From Gordius albopunctatus (lineage: Eukaryota), in contig OZ193909.1 in the NCBI GenBank assembly GCA_964276515.1, positions 2,232,001 to 2,296,000 on the forward strand: a DNA stretch of 64,000 bases, given 5' to 3'. The translations under genes and the position numbers were made by a program. The notes beneath the pieces are model-generated. The model saw only the letters and a list, made by a program, of their open reading frames with translations. It searched no databases and was not told the origin of the DNA. Below, piece after piece: positions 1-10,682 of the stretch. The stretch's first letter is position 1. Every line of letters starts with the position of its first letter.

Positions 1-249
1 ATGTGTAATTACAAGGCGTAGGGCCTCCTAGCACGGATAGGCAGGCTCTTGGTTTCTGAGCAAGTTGATAACGAGCTTTGTCCCCAATTAGACTCTTTTT
101 ACGATTATAAACTTAATTCATATAACATATTTTCAAATTGGGTATTAAAGTTTAAAGGTAGCCACAACGCTGAGGCTGGTTACCTTTTAAACAAAGCTCA
201 AAGTGATTTCATTGCAATTTATGTCATATATTCATTTATATATAATACA

Positions 250-513
250 CGAATCTGGTGCAAAATGTAATATGTGCAAAATCTAATAATGTAATATTCC
301 CATTTTAGAAATTGAGACCGGTTTTCACGCATATTCATGCGCATGTAATATGTACTAAAAAACTACGTAATAAAAGGATACTATAATTGTTAATTGAAAC
401 AAAATAAGTTATATCAAAATGTATAATACTATTTTATAAATAAATACATATTATCAAATAAATCACTAAATATAACCCTAACCCTTGCCTATATAAGATT
501 TTGCACAGAAGTG
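250..513. mobile_element. ~265-bp non-autonomous TIR element (copy 1 of 3)
   Basis: Near-identical to 56488-56755 and, reverse-complemented, to 55227-55476. Ends cgaatctggtgcaaaatgtaatat ... attttgcacagaagtg are imperfect inverted repeats. Flanks are ataataca/ataatata. Confidence 0.75.
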
Positions 514-1279
514 ATAATATATACACAGAAATTATTAAATAATGTTACTTTTAAAAAGTAAATGCAAAGCAAATGCCATGGTATTTACATATAAAAATTA
601 CAAGCGCAATAATATATAAATTCCCAGCTAGCACATACAATATTTTTCCAAATCAGGTGCCAGTTTATATTACTTAGATTTGGGTAACAATAGTTCATAT
701 GGTTAGTTATGTGTAATATAAAAAAACTTTAGTGAAGCACACAGTTTATATGATATAATTAGTTGCAAGTCAGACGAAATTCTTTAGAATTTAATACATT
801 TATGGCTAAAATTACTAAAAAATAATTATCATTATGGCCTCTCTAATTTCAATCCTGCCAATGCCCATGATTCAAGGTTTAAAAATTATAACCAATTTAA
901 AAAATATGAAAGGTTAAAATCTGAGTCTTGATATTATTATTATTAATATTAAATGATAAAACAACTATTTGTAGTTGCTGGACGTATTTCAAAAGGTTAT
1001 TATAAGATAAAAATGATTTTTACTGCAGGTAAACTAGTAAATAATAGAAAATCTAGAAATTTTAAATAATCATATTAACTGATATGAGTTTGGCTCAGGT
1101 CACATTCTTATTTACATGTAATTTTTTTAGACATATATTTTGAAAGTGATACCTATTGAGTAACAATAAAAAATTCACAAAAAATGAAAAGCATAGTTTT
1201 AAGACTTAAGCAAATATAATTTTACCAAGCTCTAATCAATAAAAAATTAAAATACTATGGTTATATATAGAAAAATTAC

Positions 1280-1883
1280 TATTGGTCCATCTCCAACACC
1301 AGGACTTGGTTGTTTTTTAATGTACATCAATGCTGGCAAAATAAACTATGATATTTTATACAATTAATATCCAATATATTAATACAGCTAATGTTTTCCC
1401 AGATCCAGTTTGAGCTATGCCAACTACATCCCTCCCTTTAATTGCCAAGGGCCAGCACACACTCTGTATAGGTGTGGGTTTTGTAATGTTATGACTTTTT
1501 AAAGTTTTTAATATATCATCTACACAATTATTTTAGAAAAATACAAAATATTACCATCCAATATTGAGTTTTCCAGATTTAGTAAGGGCTTAATTTCAGC
1601 CTCTCCAATTATATTAATACTATGCTTTTCCAAGAAATCTAGCGGATCCTAATGATGTTGATCGTATATATAAGGTTTATAGCATAATTACTTCATCAAT
1701 GATTTGTTGAACATGGTTTTGAACATAAGGTTGATTAGGCATGTTTTGAGAAATTTGCGGCGTGACTACTCTAGGGATGTAGGTAAATCGGCTTTGCTGT
1801 GGCTGAAAATATCTATTTGGTCTTGGATTATATGTGTTATTGAAAGTCCCCCTTCCTCTTGGTCTATTACCATAAAACGCCAT
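1280..1883 (-). CDS. DEAD-box RNA helicase, DBP2/DDX5/DDX17-like, 5' part only
   Basis: In-phase GT-AG exons 1883-1692, 1648-1555, 1519-1386 and 1345-1280. Translation contains the Q motif and motif I ([32 protein letters not shown]) followed by [22 protein letters not shown], typical of the DDX5/DBP2 clade. I found no PTRELA motif or later motifs in the window. Confidence 0.85.
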
Positions 1884-3034
1884 GTTTTTCAGCTGATATC
1901 AAAATTTTTGATAATGTGCAAATTGGTCAAATATTACAGGAATTAAAATCGAATTTGTGGCCAGTATGAAACATGCATATTTAAATGTTATAAAATATTG
2001 GAATTTCAATATATTAACTGTTATCTTTTTATATTTTAAACCCTTGCCTTTGAAATAGAAATGGAGATTTAAAACACAATAGGAAATATACAATGGCAAA
2101 CCAACTTAAGATATTATTCGTGAGTTTATTAAAGCAACCTTTTTGGCAGACTTCAAGCTACTTTTTTATAAAAATAAGAAAAATACAAATAAAAAACTTA
2201 GGGCATTCATTGTTGATATCATGGCAACCACCTTGTGCCCATATACACTACATCTGCCATATCGCATTTCCCAAATATAGATAAAACATATCAAAAGACT
2301 TATGTAAATATTTTAGCACACTATCCCATTAAATTATTTAAAAGTCTTTATTGATCTTTACATAAAATTCGTAAAAGCATGTAATACTTTGTGAGGGGAT
2401 ATTTAGTTATCGATAATATATGATATATATGATTAAATTTTACAAAGAGTTGAGCAAGCAAATTAAATCACTCTTAAAATGACATATTATTTACAACTCA
2501 TTTATTAACCCGACAGGTACCACTAAAGATTCTAACAAACGAATCTACATGAAAATTTTAAGGGGTATTTCATTATACTTCATATAGCCAAATAATAGAA
2601 TAAATTATTAAAGAATTGCTTACTTTCAAAAGTGGATGCGTCTACAGGTTACACTGGGAGATATAAAAATAGGCAAATTTTAAATTTTTTTATTAAATGA
2701 GTAAGATAGGTGACAAAAATTAGTTAATTTTAGGATCGATGACCAATAATAAATGTGAGCTCTTACTTTGCAGTATGAATATAATATTATGCCTGATTTG
2801 CAGAATACAAATTGCAGTTGAGTATACTATTTGTCTGTCTATAGTGTCCCTCACCTTAATAAATCTTGGATTCTTAATTTATTTAAGAAGTTGGCCATAT
2901 TTAAAAATAATAATTTAAGACAATTTCTTTGTTTGAACTGTAGTATTTAGTTATTTTTTAGAGCTGCAAGCGATTTTGGTAAGCGACACCCAATCAAAAA
3001 ATGGAAACTACTATTTTCAATTGATCAAAGCGAT

Positions 3035-6000
3035 TAGTGTTTCGATCTCGTCTCGGTCTCGAAAACAAAATCTGGTCTCGTCTCGGGAACGATTATAAAA
3101 ATCTTGATCTCGTCTCGTCTCGGTCTAGAAAAATCTCGGTTTCGTCTCGTCTCGACTTTTTCAAAAAAATATATACGGAATAAAAATTTCTCCTGTTTTA
3201 TTAAAAATATAAAATAAGTGTTAAAAAATCCAAATGGCCAACTTTTATATTTTTTGAATAGCTTTAATACACACTTTTTAAAGATTAACCGGACACGACA
3301 TCTCATTAACAATATAAAAATATATGTATATTAATTCATAACGATAACATTTTCTAAGAAAAGTGCAGAATAAAAAAAACTATAAATAAATTTGAAGTAT
3401 AGAAAATTAAATTTTATTTTTCTAGGAAATTATAACATTTGTATCAAATTCACTGTGTCAGTTAACTAGAAATAGACTTAGAAATTTATAAGCTATCTTA
3501 TAGTTAAGTTGCATAATTGAGATAATTGAGACCCTTAAGAAACCCTTGCTAAAGTCTCAAAGTAGACCTTAACGTATTTAAGGCAAAAGTTTAAGTCCAT
3601 TGATATAACCATCATAAATTATAGTCCATAATGTTTATTGCTTGTTTACTATAGCGTTATAAACTACAAAGTGCAATTTGATAATATTATTATTTACATA
3701 ATTGATAACTAGGAACACATATTAAAACGTTGTAAAAACAAAAATTAAAGCAGCATTATTATAAGATTAAGAACATAAAGTTCTACACTTTACATTTAAG
3801 TGAATGTATTTAAATTCTGGTCAAAAATTATTATAATCAAATTTATATTCCAAATAATTATATTCCAATATTAACTAACTTTGCCATTAAGTAGTTATAT
3901 TTATCGAATACAGTATAGTTTCGTGTATTTATTTTATATTGCACAATTATAGAAATTAGTAAATTTGAATGCACCTGCCAACCTAACTTATAATGTGAAA
4001 AGTAATGCATATGACAAAACTATGTATTCAAATGTCTTATTAAGGTTCAAAAATTTGTTGAAGCATAAAAACTTCTACAAAACTCATGATTTAAGATTTA
4101 ATTGGTGTCATTAAATAATCTTTTGTAGTTTTGAAATCGTTAGGCAGGCGCTCATAAATATCGAGCCACTTCATCTTAACTTGTATAATTATTCAAACGG
4201 ATCGATCACCAATTTATAACGACCGCATCATGCAGGATGAGTAACTGCAAAATTCAAATATGGTTAAGTAATATTTACAAAACTCGTTCCAAGTTTGAAA
4301 TTTTGTAATATTTAATAATGCTATGGATACAAATATGTGATAAATATATTAAAAAATTATTCACACACCCTAAGGGTCAACCATACTTAGGTTAATGATT
4401 GCCAAATTTTAAACTTTTAGCAAAAATATATAAAATTTACTACACTTAGGAATTTTTTTAATATCAAATATACTACGACGGTCCCAAGTCCGTGTGCAAA
4501 AAGTGGAGGGTTGGCGTCAGGTCGGAAACCGGCTATAAAAATCAACTCCAAAATTTATGATAGTTTCAAACGAGATTTTACAAGAAAGGCTAGGGCGTCC
4601 TCCACAAACGACGGGCACTGCATACCCCGCCCGTGCAATGTGAAAAATACACTAGGGTTACTGCCTAACTCACAACAAAGGCGGTTAAGGAAACTAGTTG
4701 TGGAAAGAATGCGAATTACGTGCTGGAATGTGGGAACGTTGACGGGGAAGAGCATCGAGGTCGCACAGATGTTAAAAAGAAGAAAGGTACACATCGCCTG
4801 CCTACAAGAGACGAGGTGGAACGGAACGAAAGCTCGGGAATTAGGAGAAGGATACAAGCTTTTCTACAGTGGGTCACCAAATCGTAGAAACGGGGTCGGT
4901 ATCGTTCTAAGCGAATCGTTCAAGGACAAGGTGGTGGAAGTCAAACGTTGTTCCGACAGGCTAATGTGGGTGAAGATTGCGGATCAAGGGGGCCTCCTAA
5001 CCGTTATGTGCGCGTATGCTCCCCAAATTGGGTGTTCGGAATCAGAGAAAGACATATTCTTCGAATCATTGGAAAAGGAAATACAAGGAATCCGACAGGA
5101 AGGCTAATTATTGGGGCCGATTTCAACGCTCACGTAGGGAAAGATCGCCTCGGGTATGAACGCAATCATGGAGGCTATGGGAATGGTCTGAAGAACAAAG
5201 AAGGGGAAAAACTTCTCCAAGTATCCCAAGCATATGACATGGCAATCGTTAACACCTATTTTCAAAAGCGCGAAGATCATATTGTGACCTATAGAAGTGG
5301 GAAGCATTTTAGTCAAATCGACTATTTGCTTATACGGCGAAAGGACTTATGGAGTATCAAGGATTGCAAAGTAATATAGGGAGAAGAAATCGCCAGGCAA
5401 CATCGTCCCCTTGTTATGGATCTTGACAGAAGAGTATTTCCTGAAAGAAGAAAGGTATATGAACCTCGAATTTGATACGAAATGCTAAAGGATACGTCGA
5501 CGAACGAAGAATACCATCAAAAAGCCTCCTCACTCTTGGGTGCAAGGAAGTTGCAAAGGGACGTAGACGAAGATTGGGAGACGCTATCTAAGGACATTAA
5601 GGAAACAGCGATTCGTGTTCTAGAACAGACCAAAGGAGGCAAAGCTATGAATAGGGAACTATGGTGGTGGGATCAATCGGTTAAAGATTTCATCGAAATA
5701 AAGAAAAATCTATATAGACGGTGGCATAAATCAAAAATGTCGGAGGATTATCAAGAGTACAGGGACGCAAAGAGGGCCGCAAAAAAGGCCGTTGCAAAAG
5801 CGAAGAATGCTGCGTACACCGAGATGGCAAACAAACTGGATCATAAAGGGGCGATAGGCTTATGTACAAATTGGCCAAGATAAGGGAGAAGAAAAGTCGA
5901 GATGTCGGAGTTCTTAAAATAGTCAAAAGCGAGAAGGGTCAAACCTTATTCAAGCCGAAGGAAGTGATGGAAAGGTGGAAAGGATATTTTAAGAAACTTA

Positions 6001-7742
6001 TGAATATTGCAAATGACAAGGATTCCCTTCCCGAAATTGAGCCAAATATAAGTATGTTCGAACTCTTTCAGAAGGATGAAGTTAGGACACAAATGAACAA
6101 GATGCAAAAAGGAAAAGCAAATGGCCCAGATGGAATACCTATGGAAGCATTACTCGGATGTCGTGAAGAAGGAATCACCACCATGACGAACCTCCTTAAC
6201 AAGATATTGGTAGAAGAGCGAATCCCTAATCAATGGAGAGCAAGCACGATTATACCCTTATTCAAAGGCAAAGGTGACCCTCAGGACTGCGGCAATTACA
6301 GAGGTATCAAGCTAACTTGCCACTCCTTGAAGCTTATGGAAAGAATCTTAGTAACAAGGCTGAAAAACGAGGTGGAAATATCGGCTAATCAATTCGGATT
6401 TGTGGCCGGCAAATCCAAAATCGACCCAATCTTCGCCCTAAGACAAATGATGGATAAGTATGGTGAAAAGAGGAAAGACCTACATATGGTTTTTATCGAC
6501 TTGGAGAAAGCTTATGACACGGTCCCCCGCGATTTAATATGGTGGTGCCTGAGGAAACAAAATACCCCTGACGCATATATACGGCTTATGAAAAATATCT
6601 ATGAAGCCTCAAACTCTTGCGTTAGGACGACAGTTGGAGACTCTAAACCCTTTCGGGTTAATATTGGATTACATCAAGGCTCTGCTTTAAGTCCCTTTTT
6701 ATTTAATATAATTATAGACACGATAACGAGGGACTTTCAAAAGCCATCGCCATGGTGTATGCTATATGCCGATGATATAGTACTATGCGAGGAAACAAGT
6801 GAGAAGGTATTCGAAGAAGCAGAAAAGTGGTCAAAGCGCTTAGCTGGATATGGTTTAAAGGTCAACGATCGAAAAACGGTATACATGGAAATGAACGGTA
6901 CAAGCACCCCATCGCTGGATGACCACCTAAAGCACCAAAAGTAGACAGGTTTACTTACCTCGGCTCTATGCTACATCAAGAGGGAGGTTGCGCAAAGAAA
7001 TCAATGCCCGGATTTAAAAAGGATGGCATAAATGGCGAAGTATATCCGGTGTAATGTGCGACAAGAAAATGTCAATACGGTTGAAAGGCAAAGCTTATAA
7101 ATCCATCGTAAGACCGGTGTTACTCTATGGAAGTGAAACATGGGCATTAAACACCACGGAAGGAAAGCTATTACAAGCCACGGAGATGAGAATGATACGG
7201 TGGAGCTTGGGGTATACTAAGCTCGACCATATGACGAATGACTTTCTCATGACAAAAATGGGTATTCAACCTATGGCGGACATGATTAACGAAAATCGGC
7301 TAAGGTGGTATGGGCATATACTAAGAAGGGACCCGGATGACGTAAATCGAAAAGTGCCAGACATGGAGGTACCGGAGAAGAGAGGAAGAGGACGACCCCG
7401 TATCACGTGGAAAAGGCAAGTCGATAAAGTTATGGAAACTAAAGAGATTAGTCAAGACATGGCACTAACCCGGTCAAGATGGAAGAGACTCATCAAAACG
7501 AACCCCACCAATGTGGGACAAAATAACTGATAAAGGAGAAGAAGAAGATTCCATACATATTGATTTACACTTAATACCTTAAATTTAAATCTTGCAAATT
7601 AAAATACACAATAATTTGCTAAAATCTAACGATCAATAAAAAGTCGAGATCTCGCCGAAAAAATCTTGTATCGTCTCGTCTCCACATCAAAATTCTCGTC
7701 TCGATCTAGATTCCAATTTTCAAATTCTCGTCTCGAGGCCTA
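3035..7742. mobile_element. Degenerate hAT-like element with gtctcg subterminal arrays, interrupted by the RTE LINE
   Basis: Clusters of (gtctc)n/tctcg motifs at 3040-3155 and 7640-7740. Both ends begin TAG when read inward. No matching TSD found. Confidence 0.4.
4476..7547 (+). mobile_element. RTE-clade (BovB-like) non-LTR retrotransposon, near full length, inactivated
   Basis: APE endonuclease motifs (ITCWNVGTL, IACLQETRW, GADFNAHVG, SQIDYLL) and RT motifs (NYRGIKL, FIDLEKAYD, GLHQGSALSP, YADD), then the RTE C-terminus (RLRWYGHILRR, RGRGRPR). Split over ORFs 4511-5107, 4948-5379, 5482-5883, 5862-6944 and 7054-7530 by frameshifts and stops. RTE-type 5' motif ggtcccaag...ggagggttgg and a 3' (gaa)n tail. 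Confidence 0.95.
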
Positions 7743-8429
7743 GATATTTCTCTGGTTTTCCGCAAGATTTATCATCACTTTTATTTTTGGGCTTAAACCC
7801 AAAAAAATTTTCCATTCTGAAAAGTCGTGATTCTACTAAAAAAAAAAGGTGTGACAGCATGACAATATAAAAGTCTCGTTGCGATTATAGTGTCAACGCC
7901 ATAGCGTTAAAAATAATCTATATCAGAATAAATCCTCTTTTTTTCATGGATTTTAACTCCATTTTAAACGAACTGCACCAGTTGCTCCTATATTCACTTC
8001 TAAAAGACAATTTAATATTTATGCTATTGTAAATAAATTATCAAAATACAAATTTAAGGTACGAAATTCTTCAGAAAGGTAACTGTGATCAGTTACTGTT
8101 ACTTCAGAGGAACTATAACTGTAATTAGTTACATTAGTTCGGTCACTATTCAACTTTCAGTTACTTTTTATAAAATTTAAAATCATCAATTAAATTAAAT
8201 AATATTGTTACACGTCTAGTTTGACTTCACCGCTTTAAATTAAATTTCATTCGCGGATGTAGAGCCGTCTTGAAAAGAATAAGAGAATAAAAGACATTTA
8301 ATTTATTGATCCTTCATCAGGAAAAACGAGAGAACCTAGATAAGATGTCTAAGTTTAAAAGTAGAATATTAAGTCTAAATACCAAAAGGTTGAACAAATT
8401 ATAATCTTCTCTTTACGTGATGAGGCAAA

Positions 8430-9726
8430 ATATCGCTAGCTGAGAATTGGAGTGCTCTATCTGCACAAAACTCAGAACTGAGATAATTGAGTTCAAAGTT
8501 TGAAATGCTATAAAATCTAAATTTATTATTCATATGACTTGAAATTAAGTTTGATAGTGTAAAGTATTAGCATCTATATTATTTTAGCCAAAAATATGGA
8601 TTTTTTATTTTATTTCATAAAAAATGGATTTTTTAAATTTCAGATAGAGCAAAGTTCTAAATTTTTTGCGATTTTATTTAGCTACTTTGCTCTATCTGCA
8701 TTTTTAACCGCAAGTTTTAAGGTTTTATTGACATTCGATTTATGACATATAACTTTAATAATAAAATAAATATGAGATTATTAAACTAGTTATATATTAT
8801 AATAACTATATTACTTTAATTACTCAAATTTATTCAATATTATAAAAAATTATGGTAATTTGGGGTTGTGTACATTAAGGTAAACTATGAAATTTTCTAA
8901 ATATCTTTGAGTATATAATTAAATTTCTAAAACAATCATAATGATTTATATCCTTTATATAGCTAAAAATATTTAATGGGAGCAATTTGTAGCAATCATA
9001 CTATTTACAACAAATACTATTAATTTATTAATTATAAAATAAATGATACATACAAAAGAATATCTGGTAGAAGTACAATCCATTATATCTATTTTTATAT
9101 AAATATTTCCTTTAAAAATTTAACTCTTGACAATTTTGAATAATCTTAAATATTCTCTTTTAAAAATTTAATTTTTTTCTTTCTCTTGCAAACTTTGTTT
9201 TGGCCATAACAATCATTTTTTCATGCGCAATAATGAACAAAGCCTAAAATGAATTTTATTATTTATCATTTATACAAATTTTGCCTGTAGTCTAATTTCA
9301 ACCATCATTTACAATTTTTTGATTTGTCACCTTGGGACTTATATACTAGTTATGGCTATATTTTTATATTAATTTTACTTATCTTCATCCGAAATAGTTC
9401 TTATTTATCAATGTTTGACATAAAACAATGTGAAAAGTAATTGTAGAGATGTTATTCGAATTAAAATTTAAAAGCAGACGATTTATTCACGTGATTAAAT
9501 GCGCGCTTGCGATTGGGTAATTGCAGATAGCGCAAACCAATTCTGAAAAAATATTGACATTCGCGATTTTAGACAAATTAGAACCTTAATAGCGAAGCCA
9601 AAAAAACATTCTCCGCATTTTTTAAAAAGTTTATGATAGAATATATAAAAATCTACCAAATAGCACTTTTACTTTAAAATTTTCAAAAATTGCAGATAGA
9701 GCACTCCAATTCTCAGGTAGCGATAT
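8430..9726. mobile_element. Unclassified non-autonomous DNA element with ~35-bp TIRs
   Basis: Left end atatcgctagctgagaattggagtgctctatctgca versus right end tgcagatagagcactccaattctcaggtagcgatat, one mismatch. Internal copies of gcagatagagca occur in both orientations. Confidence 0.75.
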
Positions 9727-9943
9727 GGTTACCATATTAAAATTCAAATAGTTTCTTACATAAAGAGAAATAGATATGCCTCAAGCAGCATTCTTGTAAT
9801 TAGTTAACAACACCATTACCTCGCAAACTATTTTTTTTATAGCGAACGCGATCGCTAATCAAAATGATATGTGGATTCCCTGGTTTATATATTTTTCTTT
9901 TGTATGCGTTCGTTTTACACTATTAAAAAATCGAATGTCCAAA

Positions 9944-10294
9944 TCAGAGGTCCGATTTGTCCAAAATTTTCTCCCCGAACCCGGTCCGATTTAAGCTAAA
10001 TCGGCTCCCAAACCCTTATATGTGTCCGCCCGGCCAAGCCCGATTTATTACAGCTGCCAGAACTGCCCGACCCGAAATGATGATTTTTTAACTTTTTACT
10101 ACTAATTTTGTAACTTACTTGTAAAAATTTTAAATTTAATTCTCAATTTTTTTGGATACATGAAAACAAAATAATACACTGTTTAAAAAATCTCCTTGAA
10201 CCCGAATTACCAATTCATGTTATGGTGCACACCCGGGAACCACCCAAAAGTCTAATTTTAAGAGAGTTGCCCGTCCCAGCTTATCTGATCTCTG
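9944..10294. mobile_element. hAT-type MITE (cagaggtccgat...atctgatctctg)
   Basis: Imperfect TIRs, 8-bp flanks gtccaaat/atccaaat, and cccga subterminal motifs. Same end type as 62247-63661. Confidence 0.6.
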
Positions 10295-10682
10295 ATCCAA
10301 ATTCCATGTGTATGTTTTAATTTGAGCCACTAACTCAATTTTTGACGCACGTCATAAGTTTATAAAGAATTTAGCAAACGGTATATTTATATGAACCGAA
10401 ATAGGATGGCTAAACGATGGCTTAAGGAAAAATATAAATAGAATAAAGGTTTTTTGGTCTGACTCTCTTAATTGACCTCAAATCTTAGTCGAAATTTAAA
10501 AAATGGAGCAGTAGTCGACCGATAGTCTTAGTGAAACCAAAGGCTGACCAGACCACCCGCATTTGTTTTCACAAAATTAATACCTAACAATCGATAAACC
10601 GATTTCTAACAAAAATTAACTATATTTATTGATAAAGTGACACACATAATAATTACATTTAAGGTAGACATGTTTATTAAAT

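Noticed and set aside
474..486. aaccctaaccct as an interstitial telomere
   Set aside because: Only two units, and they are an internal part of the dispersed 265-bp element.
2212..2228. RFX X-box-like gttgatatcatggcaac upstream of the helicase
   Set aside because: Only one good half-site with atypical spacing, which is likely by chance.
4555..5926. Minus-strand ORFs inside the RTE element
   Set aside because: They are antisense to the endonuclease/RT frame and have no recognisable motifs.
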